Origin: Nanobdellota archaeon
Lineage (GTDB): Archaea; Nanobdellota; Nanobdellia; Parvarchaeales; Parvarchaeaceae
Assembly: GCA_021802105.1 (NCBI GenBank)
Contig: JAKAAW010000001.1
Coordinates: 8,150-72,149, forward strand
Direction of reading: 5' to 3'
Length of the DNA: 64,000 nucleotides
Shown piece by piece: positions 38,666 through 48,501 of this stretch (positions within the stretch are counted from its first letter, which is position 1; each line of letters opens with the position of its first letter). Made by a program: the position numbers and the translations under genes. The notes under the pieces are model-generated. The model saw only the letters and a list, made by a program, of their open reading frames with translations, did not search any database and was not told the origin of the DNA.

Positions 38666-38829
38666 AACAATACATACCTCCAAAATACAGATACCCTTTG
38701 TTTTTTATTGGTCTAATGACTATGATAATAACTGCAATTGCTTACAAGTTCGTATTTATACCAGAGGTAATAATCGAAGTGGTTGTTATCGTCGGGTTTG
38801 TGCTGTTTGTATCTTCATTTACTTTTTGA
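38662..38829 (+). CDS. small two-helix membrane protein (possible second SDH anchor subunit), missed by the ORF track
   Basis: It is a 55-aa ORF, MKQYIPPKYRYPLFFIGLMTMIITAIAYKFVFIPEVIIEVVVIVGFVLFVSSFTF, with an ATGA overlap with the preceding gene. Confidence 0.3.
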   Translation: MKQYIPPKYRYPLFFIGLMTMIITAIAYKFVFIPEVIIEVVVIVGFVLFVSSFTF

Positions 38830-38923
38830 CATATAAGATGCAACCCTTAGTCTTCTTAAAGTCCTTTATCATGCTTTTTTCTTATGTTTCTAAAAATAAA
38901 TAAGGATAAAAACATATTATGTT

Positions 38924-41900
38924 ATGCCAAAGTACAGCTTGACCATAAATAAAAAATCGCAATCAGCCCTAGAATACCTTTTGACATACGGTTGGGCCAT
39001 AACGATAATCGTGCTAGTTATGGCCGCCATATATTATATGGGAATACTTAACATACCTCCTTCAGGTCCTGCAATAAGCGGTTTTTCAGGTATAGAAGTC
39101 ACCGCAGTTCAGGCAAACACATCCGTTTTTGAGTTTAGCATAAAGAACAACTTGGGTATAACCGCAAATCTGTCCACATTATCGGTTTCTTTCGATGGAA
39201 ATATGTACAAATTATGGCAATGCACGGCTACAATCCTCGACCCCGGTGAAAGTGCGATATGTGCGATATTAGGAAACTTTTCAGCATCACGGATATCCGC
39301 ACAGGTATCAATGGCGTATTCTGTGTCTAATATTTTAGGAGGGGTCTCCAATGGAACCATCTCAATAACACCGCAGGTACAGTTTATCTCCAGCCCATTC
39401 TCCCCATATTCTGTAAGGATAGCGGTATACAATAATCAGTCATCAGCTACCCCAACTCCGTTTCAGCAGGCGATAAAGTTTAATCCCACTCTTTTTTCCG
39501 GTTATGAACTATCTAATCTAGGAAACATAAGGCTCTATTACAACGGGCAGGAGCTATACAGCTGGTGCGAATATGGCTGTTCAAACAACGCGAACAGTTC
39601 GCTTATATGGGTAAAACTTACGAACTCCATCGCCGCAAATTCGACTATTAATCTTACGATGACATTCGAGCCACTAACCAACTATAATTCTGTGTATTCT
39701 GGTGAAGCCCCGCAGCTCTCTCCCGTGTACGGAGAATATGACAATGGAGCTAATGTATTCAATTTTTATGATAATTTTAAAGGGACTACTCTTGATACAA
39801 GCAAATGGTCCGGAGGTTCATGCCAGGTAATTTCAAATGGGTTATTAATCCCATCAAGTTGTAGTACACAACTAAATTCAAATACTGAATTTTCTAATCC
39901 TCTAATTTTAGAGGCAGACATGAATTTCGTAGATGTGTTTAATAATGTAGGTGGGATAGACGGAATTGGGATTTTTAATGCATCAAACGGTGCAGGTACT
40001 TATTATATTGGATGGTATAGGTACTCCGGAGGATTTTTCAGCGGTGGTGAATGGAACCCATCACAAAGCTGGCCGCAGTTCCCAGTCTCTCCTTTAACTA
40101 ATCATTTTTACGTTTGGAGTATATATTGGCAACCGTCATATTCATCCGTAATGTATTTAAACTATACAGATAGCGTTTCTCCCACAACTTACCCAGGCGA
40201 TTATCCTATAAAAATTGGAATTAACGCTCAAGGGGCGGCCGAATATCTAATGAATTGGATTCGTGTGCGTTCCTATCCCCCAAATGGAAAAATGCCTTCC
40301 ACATCAATAAGCTCTATAGGAAACCAGCCAATATATACGAGAGCCATAACGTTCTACAACGGACAGAATATAGCTACTTCAAATCCCTTCCAGCAGATGT
40401 TTACAACGGATTCCGCAGTCTATTCTGCTTATGAAGCGCCAAACCTTGATAACATACAGTTCGTTTATCAGAATGGATCAATAATACCATCATGGTTGGA
40501 GTCAGGAAACAGCAGTAAATCAACAGAGACAACATACTGGCTGAAAATAGGGAGCATTCCTGCTGACGCCGGAGTGACCATCTATGAAGTGTTCTACTCT
40601 ATAGCGGATAACGTTTTCAACAACATCAACACTGGGGAGGCTCCTCAATTTTCTCCGGTGTTTGGGGAATACAATAATATAGCAAATGTCATGGATCAAG
40701 GTTTGGCATATCAGGTGTATTACGACAGTGGTGGAACATGCGACTCGACGAATTACCAGACACAGCTTTACAATTCTTCTTTGGGCAACGGCACAACAGT
40801 ACTAGGATGCGCTTCGTTTGTCTCTAATACGGCACCATTTTCAGCAATCTCTCCCGGGACGTCTCAAAACGTCGATGGAACCACGGAACCGAACGTAGTT
40901 ATAAATTATCAATCTGGGTACAGTGGCGGTGCTCCTTATCCAAATCCACCCATTGCAAACACTGCGAACTCATGGTTGGTTAAGGCGATAGGGTGGGTGA
41001 ACATCGCTTCGTCCTCTACATCGACATTTAGTGAGATAGCAGATGACGGCATCACCCTAAGCTACTCTAAGAACGGTGGAAGTAGCAGCGGCATAAATTG
41101 GCTCGGTGGCTCATCGAGCCCCAATAATTTGATATCCCAATGGCATACGACCGGCGCGGCAGCATATACAAGTAGCAGCATTTCTGCGGGGACTTATAGG
41201 ATCGAATTGGATTATTTTGAAGATGGGGGAGGCTCGTATACTGGACTTTGGTCAAGCGCTTCAGTGGATTACTATCATGCCGCTTATCCTCCCGATGGAG
41301 TCATGCCTACTGTCATAGCAGGAACAAACATCCCTCTACATACGCAACCGATAACGTTCTACAACGGACAGAATATAGCTACTTCAAATCCCTTCCAGCA
41401 GATGTTTACAACGGATTCCGCAGTCTATTCTGCTTATGAAGCGCCAAACCTTGATAACATACAGTTCGTTTATCAGAATGGATCAATAATACCATCATGG
41501 TTGGAGTCCGGTGCAAGTAACGCCGCTACTTCAACGATATACTGGCTGAAGATTGGAAGCATTCCTGCGAACGGCAAACTAACGATATATGAGGTATTTT
41601 ATCCTACTTCTATAAACATGTTCAATACCATAAATACAGGTGAGGCCCCGCAATTATCTCCGATATATGCGGAATACGACGATGGAGCAAACGTATTCAA
41701 CAATTATTGGAATTTTGCAGGGACAACCTTACCAAACGGATGGACATCAAGTATAGGTTCAAGTAGTGGTTCAGTTACAGTAAATAACGGAGTAACACTT
41801 GCTTCTGGAACGGGAGGTAATAACGGTTGGGGAACAATTAATTACCCTTTTACAATGCCAGCATCAGATCAAACGATTGTAGAAGTATATGGTAAAACAG

Positions 41901-43084
41901 CAAGCACAGGCAGGCAGAGGATGTATCTGACAGATACAGCTACTTCTATTTTTGGAGGATATTATTCTGATTTAGGATTTGATTATGGTATTTATGGAAG
42001 TTCTGAAATAACTAGTGGAGACCTGCAGTATTATTGGAATGGATATAATTCTCCTTCTAATTCTGCTTTTGCAATAAATATCCCTTATATTATACAATAC
42101 ATTTTATCAGGTTCTACTTTTTATTGGAATATTTTAAATCAAACCGAATCAACAGTAGCATCACAATCTACAACGCAACCTTCTTCAACAACTGTCTTGT
42201 CCTTGATAGATGATGACGATAGTGGAGTAACTCAATCAACATACTATTGGATTCGTATGCGTGCCTATCCTCCAAATGGACTTATGCCAGGTACAACAAT
42301 AACAGTATTCACGGAATCCGGTCTTCCAAGCGGATACAAATGGAATGTCACATATAACAGCGTGCTGCAGAGCTCTACAACGTCATCGATTACATTCTTA
42401 AATACCCAAGGCACGTATTCTTACACCGTCCCCACGCTTTCCAACTCTAGTGCAGGTTGCACAACAACATACACTCCTTCATCTTCATCAGGAACATTGC
42501 TAGCAGGCTCAACACAGTCCATATCATTCAGCGGCTCCACCACATGTACTACAGTATTCACGGAATCCGGTCTTCCAAGCGGATACAAATGGAATGTCAC
42601 ATATAACAGCGTGCTGAAGAGCTCCACTTCCAGCACCATAACCTACTCTACTACATATACAGGAACGCAGCCGAGTTACTCTTACACCGTCCCCACGCTT
42701 TCCAACTCTAGTGCAGGTTGCACAACAACATACACTCCTTCGTCTTCACCTTCTAGCCCTGTTGCTGTTGGGTCTTTAGTATCTGTTACTTTTACCCCCC
42801 TGACAACGTGTACTACGACATTCACAGAATCTGGTTTACCAGGAGGGTACACCTGGTCAGTCGACTATGGCGGCACAACGTATTCCGCATCTAGTGGATC
42901 CCAAATACAATTCACGACGGCGCCTGGTACTTATTCATTTTCAGTAAGTCCAGTTGACGAGTCACCACTTACATCATGTGCAGCTACAATAGTAGAGTAT
43001 TATGTTTATTCTCCTTCCCCTTCTTCGGGGTCATTAGTAGCAGGTTCGCCGCAATCAATAACCTATTCATTGGTTTGTCCGTGA
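38924..43084 (+). CDS. giant (1386 aa) secreted protein with a class III (prepilin-like) signal peptide, three tandem ~330-aa modules and three C-terminal ~85-aa repeats; putative pilus-tip or adhesin-like surface protein
   Basis: The N-terminus 'MPKYSLTINKKSQSALEYLLTYGWAITIIVLVMAAIYYMG' resembles the archaeal class III signal motif (Q-S-x-x-E-Y-L-L). Modules repeat '...FYNGQNIATSNPFQQ...NL.NIQFVYQNG..IPSWLESG...YWLK.GSIPA...YEVFY...INTGEAPQ.SP.YGEYD.GANVFN'. The C-terminal repeats read 'TVFTESGLPSGYKWNVTYNSVL.SST'. It is heavily sequon-rich. Confidence 0.7.
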   Translation: MPKYSLTINKKSQSALEYLLTYGWAITIIVLVMAAIYYMGILNIPPSGPAISGFSGIEVTAVQANTSVFEFSIKNNLGITANLSTLSVSFDGNMYKLWQCTATILDPGESAICAILGNFSASRISAQVSMAYSVSNILGGVSNGTISITPQVQFISSPFSPYSVRIAVYNNQSSATPTPFQQAIKFNPTLFSGYELSNLGNIRLYYNGQELYSWCEYGCSNNANSSLIWVKLTNSIAANSTINLTMTFEPLTNYNSVYSGEAPQLSPVYGEYDNGANVFNFYDNFKGTTLDTSKWSGGSCQVISNGLLIPSSCSTQLNSNTEFSNPLILEADMNFVDVFNNVGGIDGIGIFNASNGAGTYYIGWYRYSGGFFSGGEWNPSQSWPQFPVSPLTNHFYVWSIYWQPSYSSVMYLNYTDSVSPTTYPGDYPIKIGINAQGAAEYLMNWIRVRSYPPNGKMPSTSISSIGNQPIYTRAITFYNGQNIATSNPFQQMFTTDSAVYSAYEAPNLDNIQFVYQNGSIIPSWLESGNSSKSTETTYWLKIGSIPADAGVTIYEVFYSIADNVFNNINTGEAPQFSPVFGEYNNIANVMDQGLAYQVYYDSGGTCDSTNYQTQLYNSSLGNGTTVLGCASFVSNTAPFSAISPGTSQNVDGTTEPNVVINYQSGYSGGAPYPNPPIANTANSWLVKAIGWVNIASSSTSTFSEIADDGITLSYSKNGGSSSGINWLGGSSSPNNLISQWHTTGAAAYTSSSISAGTYRIELDYFEDGGGSYTGLWSSASVDYYHAAYPPDGVMPTVIAGTNIPLHTQPITFYNGQNIATSNPFQQMFTTDSAVYSAYEAPNLDNIQFVYQNGSIIPSWLESGASNAATSTIYWLKIGSIPANGKLTIYEVFYPTSINMFNTINTGEAPQLSPIYAEYDDGANVFNNYWNFAGTTLPNGWTSSIGSSSGSVTVNNGVTLASGTGGNNGWGTINYPFTMPASDQTIVEVYGKTASTGRQRMYLTDTATSIFGGYYSDLGFDYGIYGSSEITSGDLQYYWNGYNSPSNSAFAINIPYIIQYILSGSTFYWNILNQTESTVASQSTTQPSSTTVLSLIDDDDSGVTQSTYYWIRMRAYPPNGLMPGTTITVFTESGLPSGYKWNVTYNSVLQSSTTSSITFLNTQGTYSYTVPTLSNSSAGCTTTYTPSSSSGTLLAGSTQSISFSGSTTCTTVFTESGLPSGYKWNVTYNSVLKSSTSSTITYSTTYTGTQPSYSYTVPTLSNSSAGCTTTYTPSSSPSSPVAVGSLVSVTFTPLTTCTTTFTESGLPGGYTWSVDYGGTTYSASSGSQIQFTTAPGTYSFSVSPVDESPLTSCAATIVEYYVYSPSPSSGSLVAGSPQSITYSLVCP

Positions 43085-43099
43085 GGTGAAATAACGGAA

Positions 43100-43276
43100 A
43101 TGAACAATGATAAAATTAGGATTATAAAGAGAAAATGGGTGTACATAGTCCTTATAGTGGTAGTGGTAATAACGGCGGCATCTGTGCATATCTTTTATCA
43201 ACACAGCGCTTCTTCTCCCGCTGCCCCTGATAATACACGTTGGCAGTCACCTATATGCATAGCCAATCTGTCCTAA
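43100..43276 (+). CDS. small single-TM membrane protein downstream of the giant gene (uncertain)
   Basis: It is a 58-aa ORF, MNNDKIRIIKRKWVYIVLIVVVVITAASVHIFYQHSASSPAAPDNTRWQSPICIANLS, starting 16 nt after the giant gene's stop. Confidence 0.3.
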   Translation: MNNDKIRIIKRKWVYIVLIVVVVITAASVHIFYQHSASSPAAPDNTRWQSPICIANLS

Positions 43277-43374
43277 TATGCGTTCACAGTTTAGCAGCAA
43301 GATTTCCAAATGCACAGCTCTACAGGTCTAATATATCAAACCAGTGAACATATCAAGTTATTGGTGGAAAAGCA

Positions 43375-44412
43375 TCAGTTTTTAATCAAACCTATCAGGA
43401 CTGAGTCTAATTCCTTTGCTATGTCTGTATCAACGCTTTTAATTGCGTTTGTAGATAATTCTTTTTTAAATGGCAGCTTTGCAAGTAGCGGTATGTCTTT
43501 TATGCCGCTATCAGTTGGCATGTCCATTTTTTCGCCGCAATGATCACATATTATATAACTCATATTTTCTATGATCCCTGCCACAGGTATCTTTAACGCA
43601 TCCGCAATCACGGTAGTCTTTTTGCCAACGAGTTGCGACAGATTCTGTGGTGTTGTGACAAGTAATATCTTATCAACAGGTATTGACTGAAAAACTGTAA
43701 GTGGTCCGTCGCTTGTACCTGGAGGCAAGTCAAGAAACATGAAATCTAGCTCCCCCCAGTCCGTGTCAGAATACATCTGCTTTATTGCGTTGGACACTAA
43801 TGGTCCTCTCCATATAAGTGCTTCAGTATCTGTAAGCATGCTTATCGACATTATCTTTATTCCGAATAGACTCAGCGGTTCAAATTTTTTGTCTTTTGTC
43901 AGGTACGAATGGTATTGTGAGCCAACTATTGCCTGTATAGACGGCCCTGATATATCACAATCAAGTATGGCTGTTTTGTAGCCCAGCCTGCTGGCTTCTA
44001 GAGCCAGCATAGCTACTATACTGCTTTTTCCAACGCCTCCTTTAGCAGAGTAAACCGCTATTATGTTTTTAACGTTCTTTTTGTCGTACTTTTCTATAGG
44101 TGGGGGGAGGCTTTTACTGTTGCCGTACAGTTCTTTCTTTACCACAGCTAATTCCTCCCTTGTCATGTATCCAAAAGTAAGTTCTATCTTACTGTAGCCA
44201 GAATTCTTAAGAGCTTCATTAACGTCCTTTTCTATTGTAGACGCAAGAGGGCAGCCCGGAACAGTCAGTTTTATCCATATAAGCAAAGTATCGTCTTTCT
44301 TCTCTATGTTGCTGATCATATTCAGCTTTACTATACTTATTCCTATTTCCGGGTCTTTTACAGTGTCAAGCAAGGAATAGAGTCTAGTTAGCTCTGCTTT
44401 GTCAATACTCAT
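43375..44412 (-). CDS. apbC: Mrp/NBP35 (ApbC) family iron-sulfur cluster carrier ATPase with an N-terminal DUF59/MIP18-like domain
   Basis: It has a P-loop 'AVYSAKGGVGKSSIVAMLA' (a deviant Walker A of the MinD/Mrp family), a 'CDHCG' C-terminal Cys motif, and N-terminal 'DPEIGISIVKLNMI' (DUF59). Confidence 0.8.
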   Translation of the reverse strand: MSIDKAELTRLYSLLDTVKDPEIGISIVKLNMISNIEKKDDTLLIWIKLTVPGCPLASTIEKDVNEALKNSGYSKIELTFGYMTREELAVVKKELYGNSKSLPPPIEKYDKKNVKNIIAVYSAKGGVGKSSIVAMLALEASRLGYKTAILDCDISGPSIQAIVGSQYHSYLTKDKKFEPLSLFGIKIMSISMLTDTEALIWRGPLVSNAIKQMYSDTDWGELDFMFLDLPPGTSDGPLTVFQSIPVDKILLVTTPQNLSQLVGKKTTVIADALKIPVAGIIENMSYIICDHCGEKMDMPTDSGIKDIPLLAKLPFKKELSTNAIKSVDTDIAKELDSVLIGLIKN

Positions 44413-45494
44413 TTTCTTTTTCCTTCTTCTTCGACGTCCTTTATACCCTCTGCGGTAATCTGGAATGTTACTTCTCCTTCAGGGAGACTAGGAGAATCTA
44501 CAAGTTTTGCAACTCTGGCCCCCTTTTTCCCTTTTCTTAAGTATATTCTGTAAGTAGCTACGTGACCTATTATGTGGCCGCCTACTGCGACTGTAGGATC
44601 TCCGAAAAGAACGTCAGGTCTAGCCATTACTTGATTTGTCATGTACACCGCCACGTTGAATCTGTCAGCTATCCTTTGCAGATTGTGTAGTATTACATTA
44701 AGCTTCTGCTGTCTGTCCGCAAGAGTACCTCTACCGATATATTCAGCTCTGAACAGTGCCATCATGCTGTCTACGACAACAAGCTTTATCTTAGAATCTT
44801 TGTTTATCAGATCAGGTACCTTGTCTATAAGAAGCATCTGGTGATCGGACGAATAAGCCCTACCTATTTTTATGTTTTGAAGCGCCTCTTTCGGATCCAG
44901 ACCCTTAGCTACCGCAAGTTGCTCTATACGTGCAGGTCTGAAGGTTCCTTCAGTGTCTATCCAGATAGCGTGACCTTCAAGTCCGCCTTTCTCCCTAGGC
45001 AGCTGCACGTTAACTGCCAGTTCAAAAGCAAGCTGACTTTTTCCAGAACCATACTCTCCATAGCATTCGGTTATTGACTGTGACTCTACACCACCTCCTA
45101 AAAGTATGTCAAAAGCCTGACTACCTGTCGAGATTCTCTGTACACTTTTCCTCTTATCCTCAAATTCAAGTCCTGATAGAAAGTTCATCTTAGCCGCTTC
45201 TCTGGCCTCAGCTATTATCTTTCTAGAGGTTGGCTCCCCTATCTCGCATACCTCAGAAACCACAAGGGGATTTGCAGTAGCTAGAGCTATGACATCAAGA
45301 TACCCCGCGCTCTTTAATCTTGAAGCAACAGCAGAGCCTACTCCCGGCAGGTCCTTTATATCAACGTATTCATCCGGAGTAATGCTTACGCTGTTTGTGC
45401 TTATCTCTTCCTGAGTTTCCTCTTGGACATCCTCCTGAATCTCTTCATCTTCTTTAGAGTCTTTTTTTGCCATAATACCTCCGCTTGTAGACAC
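44409..45494 (-). CDS. radA: DNA repair and recombination protein RadA with an acidic N-terminal extension
   Basis: It has an HhH 'LPGVGSAVASRLKSAGY', a Walker A 'GEYGSGKSQLAF' and 'VVVDSMMALFRAEY'. It is 361 aa, and an N-terminal ~40-aa E/D/Q-rich leader is unusual. Confidence 0.9.
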   Translation of the reverse strand: MSTSGGIMAKKDSKEDEEIQEDVQEETQEEISTNSVSITPDEYVDIKDLPGVGSAVASRLKSAGYLDVIALATANPLVVSEVCEIGEPTSRKIIAEAREAAKMNFLSGLEFEDKRKSVQRISTGSQAFDILLGGGVESQSITECYGEYGSGKSQLAFELAVNVQLPREKGGLEGHAIWIDTEGTFRPARIEQLAVAKGLDPKEALQNIKIGRAYSSDHQMLLIDKVPDLINKDSKIKLVVVDSMMALFRAEYIGRGTLADRQQKLNVILHNLQRIADRFNVAVYMTNQVMARPDVLFGDPTVAVGGHIIGHVATYRIYLRKGKKGARVAKLVDSPSLPEGEVTFQITAEGIKDVEEEGKRK

Positions 45495-45504
45495 GTCTTT
45501 TTAT

Positions 45505-45756
45505 TTATTGTTTAAGCTGTTCCAGGATTATAGTCGTGTCAGTTTTCCCTACTCCTTTTATAGCCCTCAACTGAGAGACAACAAAATCCGAAAGTTCCTG
45601 CATTCTATTATAGCTGAACTTTATCATCAGATCCCATTCTCCGCTTATAAGCATCACTTCCTTTACTCCTGATTTGTCAATTATCTCTTTTCCTATAGTA
45701 ACAGGGGATGCGCCTTCTACAACACTAACAAATATAAGAGCACCTAGTTCCTCCAT
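45505..45756 (-). CDS. stand-alone RAM (Lrp/AsnC C-terminal ligand-binding) domain protein
   Basis: It is 83 aa with an alpha/beta sandwich pattern 'ALIFVSV...VKEVMLISGEWDLMIKF' like the AsnC C-terminal domain, and it has no HTH. Confidence 0.5.
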   Translation of the reverse strand: MEELGALIFVSVVEGASPVTIGKEIIDKSGVKEVMLISGEWDLMIKFSYNRMQELSDFVVSQLRAIKGVGKTDTTIILEQLKQ

Positions 45757-45877
45757 AATGAGATATTTTGTACCGCAGGATATTTATATCTTAAGTGGTT
45801 CGTCTGCGGCGTAAAATACGGAAAATAGGTGAAGTATAAGCTTTAAAAACATAAGATTTCTTAATATCCCAATAGTT

Positions 45878-46522
45878 ATGGATACAGTTGACATCGAGAG
45901 AGCAGTCGTTGGAGTAAAGCAGGAGATAGATAAAGCTAAGAAGAAATTCAAGCAATCTATAGACCTAGTCATAGTTACTAAACCAAGAAGGTCCAAATCA
46001 GAGGAGCCTGTGAATACCATAGCGTTTCTGCCGAACATAGTCAGTGACGTTAAGACCTGTGCTTTTGTTGACAAGGATATGATAACGCAGTCAACAGGAA
46101 CATTCACAAAGGTAATAGCAAAGGACGAATTCGCAAGCTATGAGAAGAAGTCCATAAGGAAGCTAGTGAAAGGATATGATTATTTCTTCGCAGAGGCATC
46201 TATAATGGCACCAGTGGCCGCCAAATTCGGTAAACAACTTACTGCTCTTGATAAGATGCCTAACCCTAAGACAGGTACTGTCATCTCACCTTCTTCGAAT
46301 CTCAAAGCCGCTGAGCAGAAAGTACATTTTGCAGCCAAAGTAAATACGAAGAAAAACAATGCGGTTATAATAAAAGTCGGAGATGAGAAGACGGAAGATT
46401 CTAAGATAGTAGCTAACGTTAACATTGTGTATACGACTTTGAAATCATCATTAATCAACGGTGACGCTTCTATAAAACACATATATCTAAAGCCCACTAT
46501 GGGTAAACCGGTGAAAATATGA
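45878..46522 (+). CDS. rpl1: 50S ribosomal protein L1
   Basis: It is 214 aa with L1 family features ('VDLVIVTKP', 'KMPNPKTGTV'). It is the first gene of the L1-L10-L12 operon. Confidence 0.85.
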   Translation: MDTVDIERAVVGVKQEIDKAKKKFKQSIDLVIVTKPRRSKSEEPVNTIAFLPNIVSDVKTCAFVDKDMITQSTGTFTKVIAKDEFASYEKKSIRKLVKGYDYFFAEASIMAPVAAKFGKQLTALDKMPNPKTGTVISPSSNLKAAEQKVHFAAKVNTKKNNAVIIKVGDEKTEDSKIVANVNIVYTTLKSSLINGDASIKHIYLKPTMGKPVKI

Positions 46523-47364
46523 ACAAGTCGAAAGGGTCTGTTAAGAAAACTAGGGCAGCAGAGGATTTAAGCAAGAAATTGGGAGAATATAAGACGCTCG
46601 CATTAGTAGAGGTATCTGGATTTCCTTCAAGCAATTTTGAGAAGATCAAAAAAGTACTCAGAGGAGAGGCGAATTTCGTATACACAAACAAGGTTATAAT
46701 ATACAACGCGTTAAAGGATGCGAATTCGCCTTTGGCAGATAAGGTAGAAAACATAAGACTACCAGTTCTACTGGTTTCGAATCTTAACCCATTTGACATA
46801 GTCAGAAAAGCGGTAGGTAACAAGGCGTACGCAAAGATAAAAGCAGGAGAGACAGCTAACGAGGACATAACGCTTCATAGCGGCCCGACTCCTTTCCCTC
46901 CAGGACCTATGCTCTCGCAGTTTTCGTCCATAGGTGTGAAAACGAAGAATGAGGGTGGAAAGATATCGATAACATCAGATACGATAGTGGTCAAGAAAGG
47001 AGAGGTGGTTAACGAAAAAGTCGCTTCTATACTATCCAGCATGGACATAAAGCCAAAAGAGCTGGTTCTATCGGTTCTTTACGCCTTCAATGATAAACTG
47101 GTCTTTGGCAGAGAAACTCTATATAAGGATCCTGCTGAGTACATCTCAGATATAAAGAACGCCTTCTCTAAATCTCTTTCATTATCCATCGGAGCAGGCA
47201 TATTGAACAAATATTCTGTTAAACCTATCATTAAAAAGATTTATATAGGAGTAAGATTTTTATCTGTAGATAGAAACATAGTGTCAAAGTCAACAATAAA
47301 GGATATATTGGCTAAAGCATCGGTTCAAGCCGGTGCCGTTGATAAAATTATAGGAGGGAAATAA
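46519..47364 (+). CDS. rpl10: 50S ribosomal protein L10 (acidic ribosomal protein P0)
   Basis: It is 281 aa. The N-terminal '[31 protein letters not shown]' matches archaeal P0. It overlaps the L1 stop. Confidence 0.85.
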   Translation: MNKSKGSVKKTRAAEDLSKKLGEYKTLALVEVSGFPSSNFEKIKKVLRGEANFVYTNKVIIYNALKDANSPLADKVENIRLPVLLVSNLNPFDIVRKAVGNKAYAKIKAGETANEDITLHSGPTPFPPGPMLSQFSSIGVKTKNEGGKISITSDTIVVKKGEVVNEKVASILSSMDIKPKELVLSVLYAFNDKLVFGRETLYKDPAEYISDIKNAFSKSLSLSIGAGILNKYSVKPIIKKIYIGVRFLSVDRNIVSKSTIKDILAKASVQAGAVDKIIGGK

Positions 47365-47369
47365 CGAAT

Positions 47370-47666
47370 ATGGAGTACGTATACGCAGCGATGTTGTTAC
47401 ACAGTTTAGGCAAAGAAATAAACGATGAGACATTGAAGAGTGTCATATCAGCGACTGGAGCCCAGCCTGACGAAGCGCAGATAAAGTCTGTTGTTTCTGC
47501 TCTCAAAGATGTTGATATTGAAAAAGTAATAAGCGAAGCTCAAATTTCTGCAGTAGCCGCGCCAGCGCCAGCTGCTGCTCCTCAACATGAATCTAAGAAA
47601 GAGGAGAAGAAAGAAGAGCCTAAAGCTGAAGAAGCAGCCGCCGGTCTAAGCAGTCTTTTCGGTTGA
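47370..47666 (+). CDS. rpl12: 50S ribosomal protein L12 (P1 stalk protein)
   Basis: '[17 protein letters not shown]' matches L12, and the C-terminus has an Ala/Pro-rich hinge plus the acidic '[23 protein letters not shown]' tail. Confidence 0.85.
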   Translation: MEYVYAAMLLHSLGKEINDETLKSVISATGAQPDEAQIKSVVSALKDVDIEKVISEAQISAVAAPAPAAAPQHESKKEEKKEEPKAEEAAAGLSSLFG

Positions 47667-47724
47667 ATCGAAGACGCATTTATACGATCGCGTTGTTAGA
47701 ACTAATAGGTGAATAGAGATACAT

Positions 47725-48501
47725 ATGACTATACTTGTCACGAATGATGACGGATATAAGAGCTGGGGGATCAACACTTTATATAAGGCAGCCGTTGAGG
47801 TCTTCGGCGATGACGTCGTGGCAGTGGCACCGGAAAAACTTCAGAGCTCTGCCGGCATGAGTTTCACATTCCACAAACCTCTTAGAGTGGAAAAACTTGA
47901 CTATGAAGGAATGCCATGTCTCGTAGTATCGGGCAAGCCAGCCGACTGCACTTTCATGGCTCTGAATCATTTTTATTCGGGCAGAATTGATATGGTTCTC
48001 TCTGGAGTGAATTATGGCATGAATGTAGGTCTAAGTCCGATATACTCATCAGGTACGATATCCGCTGCGCTTTACGCTGCTATCTCTAAGGTACCGAGCG
48101 TTGCCTTCTCCAAGCATCTTTCAAATTCAAAATCTCAGGATGAGATAAAAAAAGAGATGGATTCTGTGTATTCAAGATTGGTAGATATACTAGAAAAAAT
48201 CAAAAAGTCGTCATTCCCGCCGGACATAGAATTGCTGAACATTAACTTTCCTAAATCGCTTGAAAAGGACACATCTATAAAGGTGGTCAAGGCAGACAGG
48301 AAAGTTTTCCAGGATGTCGTGCAGCAGAGAGAGGACCCGCTTAAGAGACCTTATTACTGGCTTTACGGGACGCTTAGAAAAGATCTGGATCCGAATGCCG
48401 ACGTCGCAAATCTTCTTAACGGAAATATAACGGTAACACCGATAGAACTCCACACATCTGATGAGGAGAAACTGTCATCTATAAGAAGGATGTTCCTATG
48501 A
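47725..48501 (+). CDS. surE: 5'/3'-nucleotidase SurE
   Basis: The N-terminal 'ILVTNDDGY' is the SurE metal-binding motif. The 258-aa length fits. Confidence 0.85.
   Translation: MTILVTNDDGYKSWGINTLYKAAVEVFGDDVVAVAPEKLQSSAGMSFTFHKPLRVEKLDYEGMPCLVVSGKPADCTFMALNHFYSGRIDMVLSGVNYGMNVGLSPIYSSGTISAALYAAISKVPSVAFSKHLSNSKSQDEIKKEMDSVYSRLVDILEKIKKSSFPPDIELLNINFPKSLEKDTSIKVVKADRKVFQDVVQQREDPLKRPYYWLYGTLRKDLDPNADVANLLNGNITVTPIELHTSDEEKLSSIRRMFL

Noticed and set aside
45757-45877. A possible L1 autoregulatory mRNA site upstream of or within rpl1
   Set aside because: A 23S-helix-like L1-binding motif could not be identified confidently by eye, so this is left unassigned.
45784-46107. A 107-aa minus-strand ORF overlapping the 5' end of rpl1
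   Set aside because: It overlaps the strongly supported L1 gene and has a hydrophobic low-complexity translation.
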